64,000 nt of DNA, taken from the NCBI GenBank assembly GCA_951406725.2, contig OX597828.1, positions 24,056,001 through 24,120,000 of the forward strand. Direction: 5' to 3'. Under the pieces are notes generated by a model that saw only the letters and a list, made by a program, of their open reading frames with translations, had not been told where the DNA came from and did no database searches. This document shows positions 43,160 to 57,817 of the stretch, piece by piece; the first letter of the stretch is position 1; each line of letters starts with the position of its first letter. The translations under genes were made by a program, and so were the position numbers. The DNA comes from Octopus vulgaris. Taxonomy: Eukaryota.

Positions 43160-43760
43160 TAATTTCAAACATTGGCATAATCCAACAATTTTATGGGGTA
43201 GGGTAAGTCAATTTCCTCAAATCCAGGGCTCAACTGGTACTTAAATTATCAACACCGATAGGATAACGAATAAAATTGATCTCGGCAGGATTTGAACGCA
43301 TGACTTGAAAGTAGTACCGATACGCACTTTGTCCGAAATGCTAACGATTCTAGCAACTTTGTTTCTTGTGTGCCGGAGTGGATTACGTCTACTTGTAATC
43401 GTTTTATAGTCTCCAGAATGATGAATGGTGAAGTCGACCTAGTCGACATTTGATTTGGGAATGCAAAGAAACAGAAGAAATGCTCCTAAGCATTTTATCC
43501 GGAGCGATAACGATTCTGGTAGTCGCCGCCTTTCGTGACCTGAATAATCCCGTCTACTAAATGCAGAAAGTCTGGAATTTTAAGAAGGAGACTAGTCGAT
43601 TACCTTGATCCCAATGCGCGACTGGTAGTTATTTATCGACCCCGAAAGGATGAAAGTCAAAGACGACCTCGGCAAAATTTTATCTCAGAACGTAAAGACG
43701 AACGAAATGCCGCTAATCATTTTGTCCAAGTACTAACGCATCTGACAGTTTGCCACCTTA
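43160..43760 (-). mobile_element. Three tandem decayed Meta-domain SINEs
   Basis: Cores near 43230-43300, 43415-43460 and 43615-43690. Confidence 0.7.
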
Positions 43761-43929
43761 ATTGCATTCTTAATCACTGCATTAATAATAACAATGCGTA
43801 CAGATTTTAGCCCTTAGCAAACCATCGATTTTCTATTCGTGAAACAAGAGGGAAAACGACTTCATGCTATAAATATGCTCTTCTACATAACAAAATGATA
43901 TCAAGCACTACTATCTTTTGACTTTTCAG

Positions 43930-44048
43930 ATCTTTTGAATAGGAAAGAACACATTATTGCCAAGAAGTCCTGTTCAGCCAAAAACATCCCTCTTCTGCTA
44001 GTCTGCTTGTGTTTATTTTTACTTTTTCATGACTTTCCATGTGACCAG
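43930..44048 (+). other. Possible exon (119 bp), coding status unknown
   Basis: Acceptor ctatcttttgacttttcag, donor CAG|gtgaga, open frame LLNRKEHIIAKKSCSAKNIPLLLVCLCLFLLFHDFPCDQ; no recognisable homology. Confidence 0.25.
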
Positions 44049-44699
44049 GTGAGAATAATAATAAAACTGTTATCATTTGATCGTGCTTTTGTCAATATTT
44101 TCTTTATATATAATCGTTATTTTGACAAATGGCAGAGACAAAAATTGTTGGGTTTTTTTATTATTATTTCCTATTCTTTCTTTTACTTTTCAAGAATCTA
44201 CTTAAAGATAAAATATTATAGTATTTGCATTTTGCGCTCGCCTCAAAATATTTTTATTTACTCTGCTCGAAGTGATCGGCCATTTTTCACTTTGGATTGC
44301 CTAAAATCCCGTTGCTAAGACGACCTATCCCGAAAGTAAACACAAGAATCAATAGTGTGTGTGATATCATAAAGATTATAGCTAAAAGCAGCCGGGAAAA
44401 TCTGTAAGGACGGAGTCTGCTGTGAATGCTTTTAATATACATGTTACAACGCAAATAGATTGCTACTGGAAGTACAGATACGTGACAACATATACTCATA
44501 CAATCATTTACATGCATACGACCACAACACACACACACATATATACATACACAAACATACGTATATGTTAATTTTGCGAAACATGCAGTTAAGAGCTTTT
44601 AAATGGGGAACCCGAAGTAGATAAGATTATATATGATAGCGTGTAAACATTGGCTTTATGGAAACCCCTCGACGGATAAAAGTCGAGGACTCTCCTTTG

Positions 44700-44882
44700 T
44701 GTCTGATTGACAACCGATGTTGGTACGTTTACATCACGCAACTTAGGTTCGGCAAAAAAGACCGATAGTATAAGGACTAGAATTACAAAGAATAAGTCCT
44801 GGGTTCAATTTCTTCGACTAAAACACTTTAAGGCGGTGCTCCAGCAAGGCCACAGTGAATGACTGCAATAAGTAAAAGATTA
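44700..44882 (+). mobile_element. CORE-like SINE 3' half
   Basis: ttgacaaccgatgttggt...ggttcggcaaaa...aagaataagtcctggg...ggcggtgctccagca. Confidence 0.8.
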
Positions 44883-45029
44883 AAACAATGATAAAATAAT
44901 ATATATATATATGTATGTATATATATATATATATATATGTACATATATGTGCGTGTATATATATATATAAATATGTACATATATGTGCGTGTATATATAT
45001 ATATATACATATGTACATATATGTGCGTG

Positions 45030-45092
<63 letters not shown>

Positions 45093-45094
<2 letters not shown>

Positions 45095-45333
45095 AGGCGC
45101 AATGGCCTAGTGGTTAGGGCAGCGGACTCGCGGTCGCAGGATCGCGGTTTCGATTCCCAGACCGGGCGTTGTGAGTGTTTATTGAGCGAAAACACCTAAA
45201 AGCACCACGAGGCTCCGGCAGGGGGTGGTGATCCCTGCTGTACTCTTTCACCACTCTTTCTTCTGTTGGCCTGCTCGCTTAACCAGCGGGGTGGCGTCAT
45301 TCGAAGGCTAAAACAATGCGAACGCATTGCGAA

Positions 45334-45337
<4 letters not shown>
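45093..45337 (+). mobile_element. tRNA(Arg-like) SINE, second tail type
   Basis: Head near-identical to 38627; diverges after ctgtactctttc. Confidence 0.9.
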
Positions 45338-45391
<54 letters not shown>

Positions 45392-45719
45392 CACATCGAA
45401 CCCCAATACTTGACTGGTACTTTATTTTAAGGAAACTAAGAGGATAAAAAGTAAAGCTGGGTTCAACGGTATTTGAACTCAGAGTGTTCGTTGCACATTT
45501 CAAGGCCGACAATATTTTTTGCCGGCTTTGAACTTTTGGTAACTGAGAAATCGATTTTAGCGAACCCAGTATGTAAATAGAGATACATCTATTTTATCCT
45601 TTCTGAAGGGATGAGACAGAAAAAGCTGGCCTCGTTAAGATTGGAACTCAGAACTTAAATAGCATAAATAAAAGTTGCTAAGCATTTTGTCCGACGCGCT
45701 AATAATTCTACTACCTGGC

Positions 45720-46104
45720 TTTGTCTCTGTTTGTTATTGTCTGTGTATGTCCTTGTATCTGTTTCTGTCTCTCTCTGCCTCTGTCTGTATCTGTCAGTCT
45801 TTGTCTGTTTTTGTCTGTATGTCTCTGTCTCTCTGTCTGTGTGTCTCTTCTTTAACCTGTATGTGTTATCACCCTGTCTCTGTCTGTTATTATCTCTGTG
45901 TGTCTGTCGGTTTGTTGGTCCGTCTCTACCTGTGTCCGTCTATCACTGTCTGCCTCTGTCTCTGCCTCATTCCGTCTATATCTGTCTCATTCCGTCTGTC
46001 TCTATCTCATTTCGTCTGTCTCTGTCTTTTTCTCTCTCTTTCTCTCTATCCCTGTCTGTCTCTCTATCCCTCTTTCATTCTCTCTCTGTCTCTGTCTCTC
46101 TCTG

Positions 46105-46147
<43 letters not shown>
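45720..46147. repeat. Degenerate (TCTG)/(TC)n low-complexity block
   Basis: Read directly. Confidence 0.9.
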
Positions 46148-46150
<3 letters not shown>

Positions 46151-46658
46151 ATCGACCCGTCTCTCTCTCGACCTTAATCTCCTACCAAATATTCAAGGAC
46201 TTGGAAGGTTAGCTTGTTCACTTCCCGCGGTCACTGAATTTATGATTCATTTCTTGAAGCAATACCATTTAAGTTTTAACATCAATCACACATACATTTT
46301 CAACTATTAATTTCTTCACTAGTAACTCAACTAGAAATAGAAATGTTATTACAAAATTCTAGAGGATATAATTTACAAATAAAATGATTTATTGCCTTTC
46401 CTAGAATGTTCTTTGGTTTATATTCATTTATATTTTGGCATTCTTTTATTACAAGTAATCTGAGCGAAGTAATATTCCTCATTTGTTCATCTGTTCGACC
46501 AAGTCTCATAGAATTGATACAAATAGGTTTCTGGAATTGAAATTCACCGTTTTAGAATGTATATACACATAGAAGCTAAATCGATATAACCCGAAGTGTG
46601 TGAATGCATAAATTACATACCAATAGCACTCTATTCGATATAAGTCCTTAAGTTTATT

Positions 46659-46725
<67 letters not shown>

Positions 46726-46786
46726 GTGTAGGTATGTATGTATGGATGGATGGATGGATGGATGGATGGATGTATATATATATAGA

Positions 46787-47050
46787 CGTGGGTGTGTTGT
46801 GGGAGGTTTGTTTCCCAACCAGATGGTTCCGGGTGTTCATTCCTACTGCATGGCACATGATTTCTACTATAGTCACAGGTCAACCAAAGCATTGTGAGTG
46901 GATTTGGTAGACGGAAATTGAAAGAAGCCTGTCGCTTGGCAACCTGTTTTAGTTTCTTTACGTAACTTAGCGCTTCGGCAAAACGGATCAATGGAATACG
47001 AAGAAGCCTTACAAAAAAGTATTACTGCAGCATGACTAAAGTAAGTAAAA
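46787..47050 (+). mobile_element. Decayed CORE-like SINE lacking the internal microsatellite
   Basis: Head joined directly to tail (aagaagcctgtcgcttggcaacc). Confidence 0.7.
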
Positions 47051-47163
47051 TAGATAGATAGATAGATAGATAGATATGAGTGTATATGTCTGTGTGTAAA
47101 ATTATTGTTGTTGTGGTTGTTGTTGTTGTTGATGTTGATGTTGTTGTTGTTGTTCTTCTTCTT

Positions 47164-47243
<80 letters not shown>

Positions 47244-47615
47244 CATCATTATTATCATTATTATTTAAAACAGTTTGACTCGGCCCGATGCAGATTCAAG
47301 TTTCGCGGGTTTCTCATAGGAACCTAGTTCGTAGGGTTCAGTTCAATAAACTGAGTTCAAAAGAAAGTTAAGTCTCTGAAAGGACTCAACGAAACTTTAA
47401 ATCGCACGCGGCCGAATCAAACTGTATTAAAGAATAATATATGGATATCCATACACACACACACACGCACACATACGTATATGTATATATATATGCATGT
47501 GTGCGTGTGCGTGTTCGTAGGCGTGTGTGTGCGTGTGTTTATATGTGTCTGTATGTATAAGCATATGATAGATGTACATTTTCGTACCCTCACACACACA
47601 CACACTTATAAATAA

Positions 47616-47672
<57 letters not shown>

Positions 47673-47675
<3 letters not shown>

Positions 47676-47838
47676 GATAGGCTTCCTTCAGCTTTCGTCC
47701 ACAAATCCACTCTCAGGGCTTTGGTCGGCCCGAGATGATACTGGAAGACACTTACCGAAAGTGCTACGCAGTGGGATTGAACCTGGAACTATGTGCTTGG
47801 CAAGCAAGCTACTTACCACACAGCCACTCCTGCGCCTA
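47673..47838 (-). mobile_element. CORE-like SINE head
   Basis: Minus strand aggcgcaggagtggctgtgtggtaagtagcttgc...ggttcaatccc. Confidence 0.85.
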
Positions 47839-47850
47839 TAAGTGTGAGAC

Positions 47851-47968
47851 GCTTACAGCACCTAGGTTTCCCAATCGGTCAGCCGTATACGTACCCACTA
47901 GGCCGGACGTTGCTTACCTTCGGTGATCGGACGAGAACCGGTGCCTTCAACGTAATATGGCCGTATAC
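47851..47968 (-). rRNA. Full-length 5S rRNA copy (variant gene or pseudogene)
   Basis: GTATACGGCCATATTACGTTGAAGGCACCGGTTCTCGTCCGATCACCGAAGGTAAGCAACGT...GACCGATTGGGAAACCTAGGTGCTGTAAGC, 118 nt, colinear with metazoan 5S; no oligo-T terminator. Confidence 0.9.
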
Positions 47969-47982
47969 ACACACACACACAC

Positions 47983-48042
<60 letters not shown>

Positions 48043-48894
48043 ATGTATGTATGCACACATACGCACATACATCAATACGCATATACACGTATAAAATGTA
48101 TGTATATATGTGAGTTTGGGCGTACGTAAATGCACTTATATCTTATACATACACATACATATGCCTCTATAAACCTATACATATATACATACATGCAGAA
48201 TATGCATATATACGTATATAGTACATATATTTTTTTGTTGTAAACGATATCAAGTTAAATCAAGGATATCACAACAGAATTTTGACATGATTTGTATTTA
48301 TCAGCTTCAGAGATCTTTTTTTGTGTTGTGTTCCGATCGGAGATGTTGTTCTATAGGATTGTAAAGTGGTATGGTTGTATTTATTAAACCATGGGATATG
48401 ACAAGATATGACAATGCATCATACATGATACAAACGATATACAAGTAGACGATAATTCACTGTAACAGTTATTTTTAGTAACTGTGTTTACTGCAGTCGC
48501 TCGGGAAAGAGTGAGACACAACGAGAAAGACAGAGACAGAGACAGAGAGAGAGACATAGAGACAGAGCTAGAGAGAGAGTAACAGAGCAGCAGAGGCAAA
48601 GAGAAAAGAGAATAGATATATGGGGAACTGCAGGAAAATCAATAGTGTTCTGATGACTTCTGAATTGAAGAGTTGTAGGAAAGCAATCCGGCGTTTAAGT
48701 TATTGTAATAGTGGAAAGCTCAGCGAGAAAGAAATGCGACACAATATTGTGGATATACAACCATCTGCTGTAGCATCTCTACGTTTATCTATATATCTAT
48801 TAATCTGCCTACTTATCTATCGCTCCGTCAATCTATGTATCTTCTATGCCTATCAACACATGTATTTATCTCACTACCTCAATGTATATATCTA

Positions 48895-49268
<374 letters not shown>

Positions 49269-49551
49269 TTTGGTTATCTGTCTGCCTAGCTGTCTGTTTG
49301 TCCGTCTGTCTGTATATCTCTATTTATCTGAAAACCAGTCTAGAAGGGCATCAAGAAAATACAGCTAATTACATAGCTTTTACACCTGCCTGCTTGTCTT
49401 TACGTCCATCTGTAGTTGATACCCTCCAGAGATGATCGCAATTTCGATGTGGAGCATTAAATAAAACCAATTCGTCCGAATAAATTTCTATTCTACATTC
49501 ATATTGAACTCTCATTTGCTAAGATAAATTGGACTTACAGTACCATACATA

Positions 49552-49612
<61 letters not shown>

Positions 49613-50106
49613 TCATATTCATATATATACATATTCATATATATATATATATACATATGTATATACGTGTATTTATACGCATATATATGTGTATATATAT
49701 AAATATGTATATATTTACACACATATATACATACATATACATACATGCATAAATAAATACAAACATATATGCATGCATACATATATACATACATACATAT
49801 ATACATACATACACACAAATTACGTTTGCCTTCACAAACGGGAGACAGAGAGCTTTTTTAATAAGGGAATTCCTCAGTCTGATAGAATAAGATGCCTACC
49901 TGTTAAATGAATGAAAATATATGAAATGTGACATGTTCTTTTGTAGTAACAAAATAGGAACTGAGGGATCCAGCACGAAGTTATTTTCGATAATTTCTCC
50001 ACCGTTGAGCACTAATCTATGTACTTATATCTCTACAAATATTTTTGTTTTTATATTATTCACATAAGAATACATATATCTATAGTATACATGCCCATAT
50101 ATATAC

Positions 50107-50217
50107 TAAGATTGACTGTAACCATAACTCGAATTATTACGAATAAGATTGACTGTAACCATAACTCGAATTATTACGAATAATATTGACTGTAACCATA
50201 ACTCGAATTATTACGAA
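50107..50217. repeat. 37-bp minisatellite, 3 copies
   Basis: taagattgactgtaaccataactcgaattattacgaa at 50107, 50144 and 50181. Confidence 0.95.
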
Positions 50218-50227
50218 CTGGACAGCC

Positions 50228-50467
50228 ATGAAACGATCGTAGTGTTTTACTCATTATCTTTTATTTAACTTTTAATAATTTTGATATATATTTAAAATAA
50301 TATAAATTAATTAATTTTATGTATTGGCTTAAGTTTTTCATTGTTTGATTTGCCTAATAGTGGTTTTATCTCTAATTTAATATAATATAATATTTTACTA
50401 TAAAATTGGATTCAATCCTAAATCTGATTTTTCCCTGTAAGTTTGGGTTTATTCCCTAATATTTTAT
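50228..50467 (+). mobile_element. Relative of the 19271 hammerhead element; only the 3' half of the ribozyme remains
   Basis: GAAAcgatcGTAgtg, then ttttatgtattgg.ttaagt...ttgtttgatttgc.taatagtggtttt.tctctaatt as at 19372-19433; ends at (TA)n. Confidence 0.75.
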
Positions 50468-50978
50468 TATATATATATATATATATACACGTATGTACAT
50501 ACACAAAGTGAGTCAGATATAAATATATCCATATATATATATATATGCCGCTACATCGTTTGTGCGATGTGGAAAATATTATATCAATATTGCACAAACA
50601 ATGTTGGCATCAATTTTAAAATTCATCCAAGACTTAGCCCCATACTCTCTGCCCACTACAAAAATCGAACAGAGGACACATAACAATATAACATCACAAC
50701 TATTTTACCTCAACCGGTCCAGCTCCCTCAAATACCATACCAAAATACGTCAAAACGGAAACGGATCCCATAAAATTCAGATGTTCACGGGCTAAATTTC
50801 TTCAAAACGTCCCAGACAAACCTCCTACACCCGGCTCAACAATAATAAGTCATTACTCATTGCTAGAGTGGACCATATGACTAAAAGACTTCACCAGGTT
50901 GTGCTTTTAAGTTAGACATGGCCTGGGCCTATATTCGCCGAGAGCTATCACAGTTATCAAAGTTATCTATCTTTCTAG

Positions 50979-51057
<79 letters not shown>

Positions 51058-52233
51058 GTGTGGGAGAGAGAGAGAAACACACACACACACACATATATAT
51101 ATATAGCTAGATAGATAGATATACTTGAAGCTAAAAGTAGGTAAAGAAAAAATGAAAAGGCAGTTAATATCATTAACTTAAATTGTAAATAAAATTGGAC
51201 GGAATCGCACGAAAAGTAATATATTTCATATAGTTTGGTGTCCGACCATAGCCGCAGTGATACGAAAATTAATTCTCAATGGCTGTCGAAGATAAAAGCG
51301 TGTAAAGTTTGACAATAAAGTCTAATATATATAGTCCCTGACATACGGCAGGCAATGAAGATAGAGGAGAATTACGAGATTTAACATACTGACAAATTGA
51401 CTGTTTATGCGTTTGCGTTGCGAATTAAACAAGGGCAAAACATAAACTTGTTACCGTCTTAAGTCTTATAGCGTAAATGTCGACTGCATTAACATATGGT
51501 ATTTTTCGGATAAACATATATGGCATTTTAATAATTGATCCTCGAAGGCCCAACGTAGAGAATTGATAGGCTGCGACTGACGATAGGCCTATCTACTTGT
51601 CCTGAAGCTTCAAATTATAATGAGGCTTATGCTATTGGCTCGAACATGAATATCGCTTACAATAAGATCTTGAATGTAGATAGAGAATTCATTCCCTGTT
51701 CTTGGAATGATTTGTGTATAAGCAATATAGTTATAATTCTACAAATCGCATAATCTATAGGGAGAATTGAATATTAATAATAGTTGTGTGGGCATATATT
51801 AATATATGATTATATGAGTACGTATATTTGAATGGGTATACGTACACTAAAGGAAGTTGACATACATAGATATGCCATGAAATATATGTATACAGATACA
51901 TGCATATGTATATGTATATATGTGAGTATATGTATATGTGGAATTATATTGCATATATGTGTATAAATGTATAAAATCAATATAAGTATATATAGGAGTT
52001 TATATATATATATATATACTTACTATTTACTGTTTATTGTACTTTACTCATTTTTATAATACGTTATTTTTATAGTTTATGTTTTCTATATGGTGTGAAT
52101 AATATCTTTCTCTATTGAATTGTTTAATAGAGTTTTTCTCTAAATTATATACATATATATTATATATATACATATATATATATATACATATATATATACA
52201 TATATATATACATATATATATATACATATATAT

Positions 52234-52300
<67 letters not shown>

Positions 52301-53709
52301 CATATACATACATACATATATATATGTCCATTCACAGAATTGTATACGTGATTTCGCTTTAGTGTTACATCCTTCGTTATATACACACTCATACATACAC
52401 ACTCATGCACATGTGTGTGAGAATATGTATATGTACACTACCGTCAGAAATTAATTAGCACCCTTGAATTGCTCTTCACTCAAGGTATGTGCTGTCACCT
52501 AGTGGCCATATCTCGAACTATTGCTTTGTTGCGAGTTCACTGTTGCGCAGAACGATGACGTAACTTTGTTTGCAGAGCAGTTTGAGAGTCTACAGCCTTA
52601 TGATGTTGACATAGCAGTGCAACAAATTGGAGTGCGGATGCAGACAAATCTTCCTTTGTTTAATAGATATAGGTAGCGCCTCGCAAGGACCGAAATCACA
52701 CCATACTAAGTTTTCTCATCGCGTAAGACGTTTTCAACAGCTCATAGGTTAATTGATTTAACCTATTTAATGTAGAAATTTGAGAAGTGCTAATTGATTT
52801 CTGACGCAAGTGTATGTTTGTATGTATTATAATTACATTTTTTAATAATATGAATGAATGAAAGGGATATTTCTTATTTCGCATAGTTTTCTTTTAATAT
52901 CTTTTTTAAAACGTTTTCTAAAATATTGTTCCTGGTATATAAAAAGAAAACTAATGCGTTAGAATATATTTAGATTAAATTACATAATAACATACAAATA
53001 TATTTTATGACCGTTATATTAGCTTATTTTTCCTATTTCCCTTTTTTTGTTTTGGGATTTGGTTTTGTTTTTAATTATTGACGCCCACGCTTGAAAACAT
53101 AAATATACGTCAATTCAGTCTTCTCTTTGATCTGTGAATCCTCATATATCAAAAATTACACGGAAGGGATTATTACCTAAAAAAAATGGTTTTTCATAAT
53201 TTTATTTTGGGTAAGAATAGAAACAATTGTATGTAATTTGTATTTAATATTTATTATATTATATCATTTATAAGAATATAATATAATATAATATAATATT
53301 ATGTTAATAAATTTTAATTTTTGAATTGACAATTGAATATCTCCATTTTCTATTCATTTTCATAAATTTAATATATACTCATGTGATGTGTAATGTTTTT
53401 TCTCTACAAAATTGGGTATTTAAGAGTGGAGCCAGTGAAAGATTGGATGTCTTCCTCACTTTATATATGTGTGTGTGTGTGTGTATGTATGTATATATAT
53501 ATATATGCATTATATATGTGTTTTTGTATGTATTTGTGTAAGTGTGAACATATGTGTGTGTGAGTAAGAGATTATTGTCAGTATGCGTTTGTACGTATGT
53601 GTCTTGCTGTGTACACTTCTACATTTCTTTGCTTTACTTACAGCTCCAATAATATATTAATAATCATGTATCTTCTGTGCGCCTGTATGGATGTGTCTGC
53701 GTGCATGTT

Positions 53710-53756
<47 letters not shown>

Positions 53757-54621
53757 ATGCGTTTGTATGTGTGTGTGTCGATACCATAATTATTGTCTCC
53801 TACACTATTTACACGGCTGATTATAGCACGGAAAAAAGCTATTACGACGTCTGATCTGTAATGACCATATCCAATTATCCAAAATGTTGGATTCTTACAA
53901 CTTCCTGCCTTGTTAAATATCATCTGATCTCATCTTGATCAAATATCTATAATATATATGTGTATCTGTGTATGTGAGAGTGAATGCGTTTTACGATGTC
54001 TAATATATCTCATATTACGTTGTGCATTGTATGATTGTCTGATATGCTTATTGCTATCATGTGCACGAATATTCATAATATTTTTTCACCATCTCACAGA
54101 AAAATATTCTCAATCATTAAAGCGTAGTTTTCGCTATCAGATAGATAGCCGGAACAAATGAATTACTTCATTTATTGAACATGTTGTTGATGTTGTTATT
54201 GTTGTAGTTGTTAATTTTCATCTTCAGGCCAGTTCTAACTGAGCAGTCATGTCTATGATCAAAAGCGTCGAAAATATAACCACCTCTCCTCGCTTTCTTT
54301 TGATGTCTACCTTTCTTTTTTTCGGTTTGCGTATATTCAAGATCATATAATTCTATATATCCTTCTTTGAGGCGATTTCGAATCAGTTGACGGAGATCTA
54401 GCTGGTTTTTATATACACCTAAAGAAAAACTGATTAGTAGCTCCCTCTTTGCATCTAAAAATGTATGTACATTTTTATTAAAAAAATCCAGTCTAATGAA
54501 TGCAGTTTACATTTGTGTCTCTTAATTTTACATCTCTGTTGTGCATGAGTAAATAGAACTTTTTTAATATCGATGCGAAAGAACCGAATGTCAAAGTAAT
54601 TATGTGAGAGATGGTACGATA

Positions 54622-54657
54622 TACCGACCTTTCGAACAGTTGTCCTTCGTCAAGATA
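54622..54657 (-). ncRNA. Decayed minimal hammerhead
   Basis: Minus strand tatc-tTGACGA-a-ggaca-ac-tgttc-GAAA-g-GTC-ggta. Confidence 0.45.
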
Positions 54658-55677
54658 ATCGAAAGGAGAAGAGAGATAACAAAATGTAAACTATACAATG
54701 TAGCAGCTAAAATTAAATATCTCAACTTCTCTGAACCTGAGTAAAGTGAGTAACTACTTTCCTGCAGAGTAAAGTTAATTTGTATTAAGCAGAATAAAAC
54801 TGATATTAATAAGGGAACGCGGAAAGGTACGCCTGAGTGTGTACGTGCAAAACATATATTTTTACGAGGAATAATTGATTACGTTTGGGACCAAAGTTAT
54901 GTGCAAATATGTGTATAATAATGGTGGAACGTGGTAGCCTGGAAAAGGCTTGAAGCTGTATAATTTGTATGACAAAGAGATCTTAGATTATTGTTGTCAG
55001 TGGGCGGTAAATTGAAGTTTAAGCGTGACTGGGTACATGAAGGGAATGGATATAGGGATCAAGTAGCAAGAGCATATTTATCTATATAAGTATGTGGTAG
55101 GTGTTTTGGATGAAAGTGAGAAGGTAATTTATACAAGCCAGAGTAAATGTGTTCAGGCAAAGAGAGCTGATGATTGAGCCAACATAAAGAATGAGATTCT
55201 AGAATATTGTATAATCCCATAGAGAAAACCAGGAGATGGTTGACCTGGATAATTAAAGTGACTTGATAAAAGGGATGATGCTACTGGGTCAGGTATGGGA
55301 TGAATGCTCACAGAAGCTTTGGACCAAGTTTTCTTGAATACAATAAGCCACATTTTTTTCTTTCCATGAAATGGTTGACATTTACGGATGTGCAACTGAG
55401 GAGGTCAATTAGATGGAAAAAAGAACGTACCTCAGTACTTATCTTGTATTTAATTTAATCGCTTCAGAAATACCGAAAAACAAAAACTATTTTGGCTGGG
55501 ATTGAACCCGAAATATGAATAGCCGGACTAAATACTGCAAAGTATTTTTTTTCAGAAGACTAACGATTCTGCCAGTTTCCGATTCATTGCTTTTTTTTTA
55601 CTTACAAAGAGATCGAATAAAACAACAACAAATTGTTGGTTTTGTTTACCTTTTATTCTTTATTGTTTTACTAGTAA

Positions 55678-55945
55678 AAGTGCGTGGTTTAGTCGTTCGT
55701 GTATTCAACCTATGGTCGTGCGGTCCTGAGTTCGATTCGCGGCAGCGTGTTGTAACCTTGAGCACGATATTAATTTCAAGTTACTCCAGTACACTCATTT
55801 GACAACAATGAACTGTGCCTGTACTTCAAGGGGCCAGTACTGAATTTCTCAGAGAAGTACGTTAAGCTACTTGCACGTTAGTTTCGGGGGCAAGCTGTTT
55901 TGTTGATCGAATCAAATGCAGCCCTCGTCGTTGTATCCAACGTAC
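55678..55945 (+). mobile_element. Decayed tRNA SINE (tail type of 38624)
   Basis: gtggtttagtcgtt...gagttcgattcg...accttgagca; tail cttcaaggggcc...gttgatcgaatcaa...ccctcgtcgttgta. Confidence 0.7.
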
Positions 55946-57293
55946 TATCATTCGTCTATTTGTTTTCTATTGATTTCGTTCATCAGAATGCCGTTATGCT
56001 GGAATGCAGGTGGATGACCTGAGATAGATTCAGCTGCTATATCTAGGAAATGGATCGAGGGCGTAGTAACACCTTCGTTGGTGGGAAAATCAGATCAGGT
56101 GCATATAGATGAAATAAGCGATTTATTTCCTGCTGCTATGCAGTATCCAACATATGGCAATACTCCAAACGAATAATTTCTCATTTCCCGTTTTGTCTCA
56201 ATGCAATTATTGAAAGGTATTTGTCAAACAGACCGTTAATGTTTAAAAACAATGACACGTTAACTGCCTGTCTGTATGCTCATTAATTATGTAACATATT
56301 TCGATAATCTGCCAAAGTAGGAAACTTCTAATAAGCCTAGGGTGGGTAGTTTTCTCAATTTGAATCAAGTGCGGCGAGAGAATTTCATTGAGATCTCACA
56401 TCAGTATTATCGCATTAATTCCATGCCAAATAAATTGCATTTCCTAGTTTTCCAGGCGGTTTTCTTAATCATCTGCTGGATACTAATTAATTGTCTGGAA
56501 ATGACTGTTACAGGAAACGATATTGTATAAATATATATATATATAATTCATGCATATGTTAATATATTATATCTATCACTCAGTCTCTCTCTATCTATCT
56601 ATATATATCATTCATAGATGAGATCCAGATATCCAGATATTCTCCGTATAGAATACACTTAGTAGTGCTCAAGAGGTTTAAACTTGACCGGCTATAGAAG
56701 TAAATATAGAGATAAGCAAGTTATACAGTAAAATGGAATGATTGAAACAGTCCATCTTTGAAATTCGTTCCGTTATTATCTCAAATGTAAGATCTCCCCC
56801 TTGAAGACGGAGTCTCCTCTCACCCTATGATGGAATCAATCTACAAACACTATTATGGAACACCCAGCCCCTCAGAAACAGCTGTTGAACTTGTAATACT
56901 TTTCCCCAACTGTTTTAATTGTCTATCATTTGTACTTTGTGTATGCAAATATACAATTTTTATATTTCATGTGTTTAATTCACCTTATACATTGATCTGT
57001 TTAACTTGCTTATCCCTACATTCAATTATATATATAGAATAGGAAAGGTTTAGGCTACTGATGATCTAAACTAATATGTACATTGTGTGAGTGATATAAT
57101 TGGTAAGCCACTAGGATCTCAGTTCACAAGGGGGTCTGGAGTTGGGTATCTGTTGCATACTTCCAAGTGAACGGGTTTCAATTAAAGAAAGAGGAAAACA
57201 AAACCAACGCAGAACAAACTTATCATATCATTTAAGCTATTTTAATTATTATATTGGTGAATCGATGTAAGCAAAAGTAAAAGTAGATAATAA

Positions 57294-57370
57294 TGTCTTA
57301 TAGCTGTTTCAAGGATATCTAATGAGTTGATTCACATTTCAATAGACTGGATATTCTGTCATCGGAGACA
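57294..57370 (-). ncRNA. Hammerhead motif, CCGATGA variant
   Basis: tgtct-CCGATGA-cagaatatc...gatatcctt-GAAA-cagct-ATA-agaca. Confidence 0.55.
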
Positions 57371-57417
57371 AGGTTTATGTATGAAGGAAACTTCTAGACA
57401 GCAAATTTTAACGTTGA

Positions 57418-57585
57418 TGAAAACTGAAAGAAGACCCTCGTATATGTATGTGTGTTTGTATATGTATGCGTTTTTGTGTTTGTGGCCTATCAGTGCTTCA
57501 TAAGCAGTCTTGGTTCTTTTACGTCCACGGAACTTAACGGTTCGGTCAAACAGACCGACAGAATAGGCACCAGGCTTGAAAAGAA

Positions 57586-57647
<62 letters not shown>

Positions 57648-57753
57648 AGACAAGAATATACGTGCATACGTACACCAGCCTTGGTTCTTTTACGTCCCCG
57701 GAGCTTAACGGTTCGGTCAAACAGATCGATGGAATAGGCACCAGGCTTGAAAA
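57418..57753 (+). mobile_element. SINE remnant with a duplicated ~74-bp segment
   Basis: cttggttctttt...cttaacggttcggtcaaacaga...gaataggcaccaggcttgaaaa at 57509 and 57680. Confidence 0.75.
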
Positions 57754-57765
57754 CATATATATATG

Positions 57766-57817
<52 letters not shown>

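Noticed and set aside
50107-50217. 37-bp repeats as a CRISPR array
   Set aside because: Head-to-tail with no spacers, no cas genes, and a eukaryotic context.
52434-52466. Tc1/mariner-like terminus
   Set aside because: No matching opposite TIR or transposase found.
54660-55400. GIY-YIG remnant upstream of the 54622 hammerhead
   Set aside because: Could not read convincing motifs in any frame.
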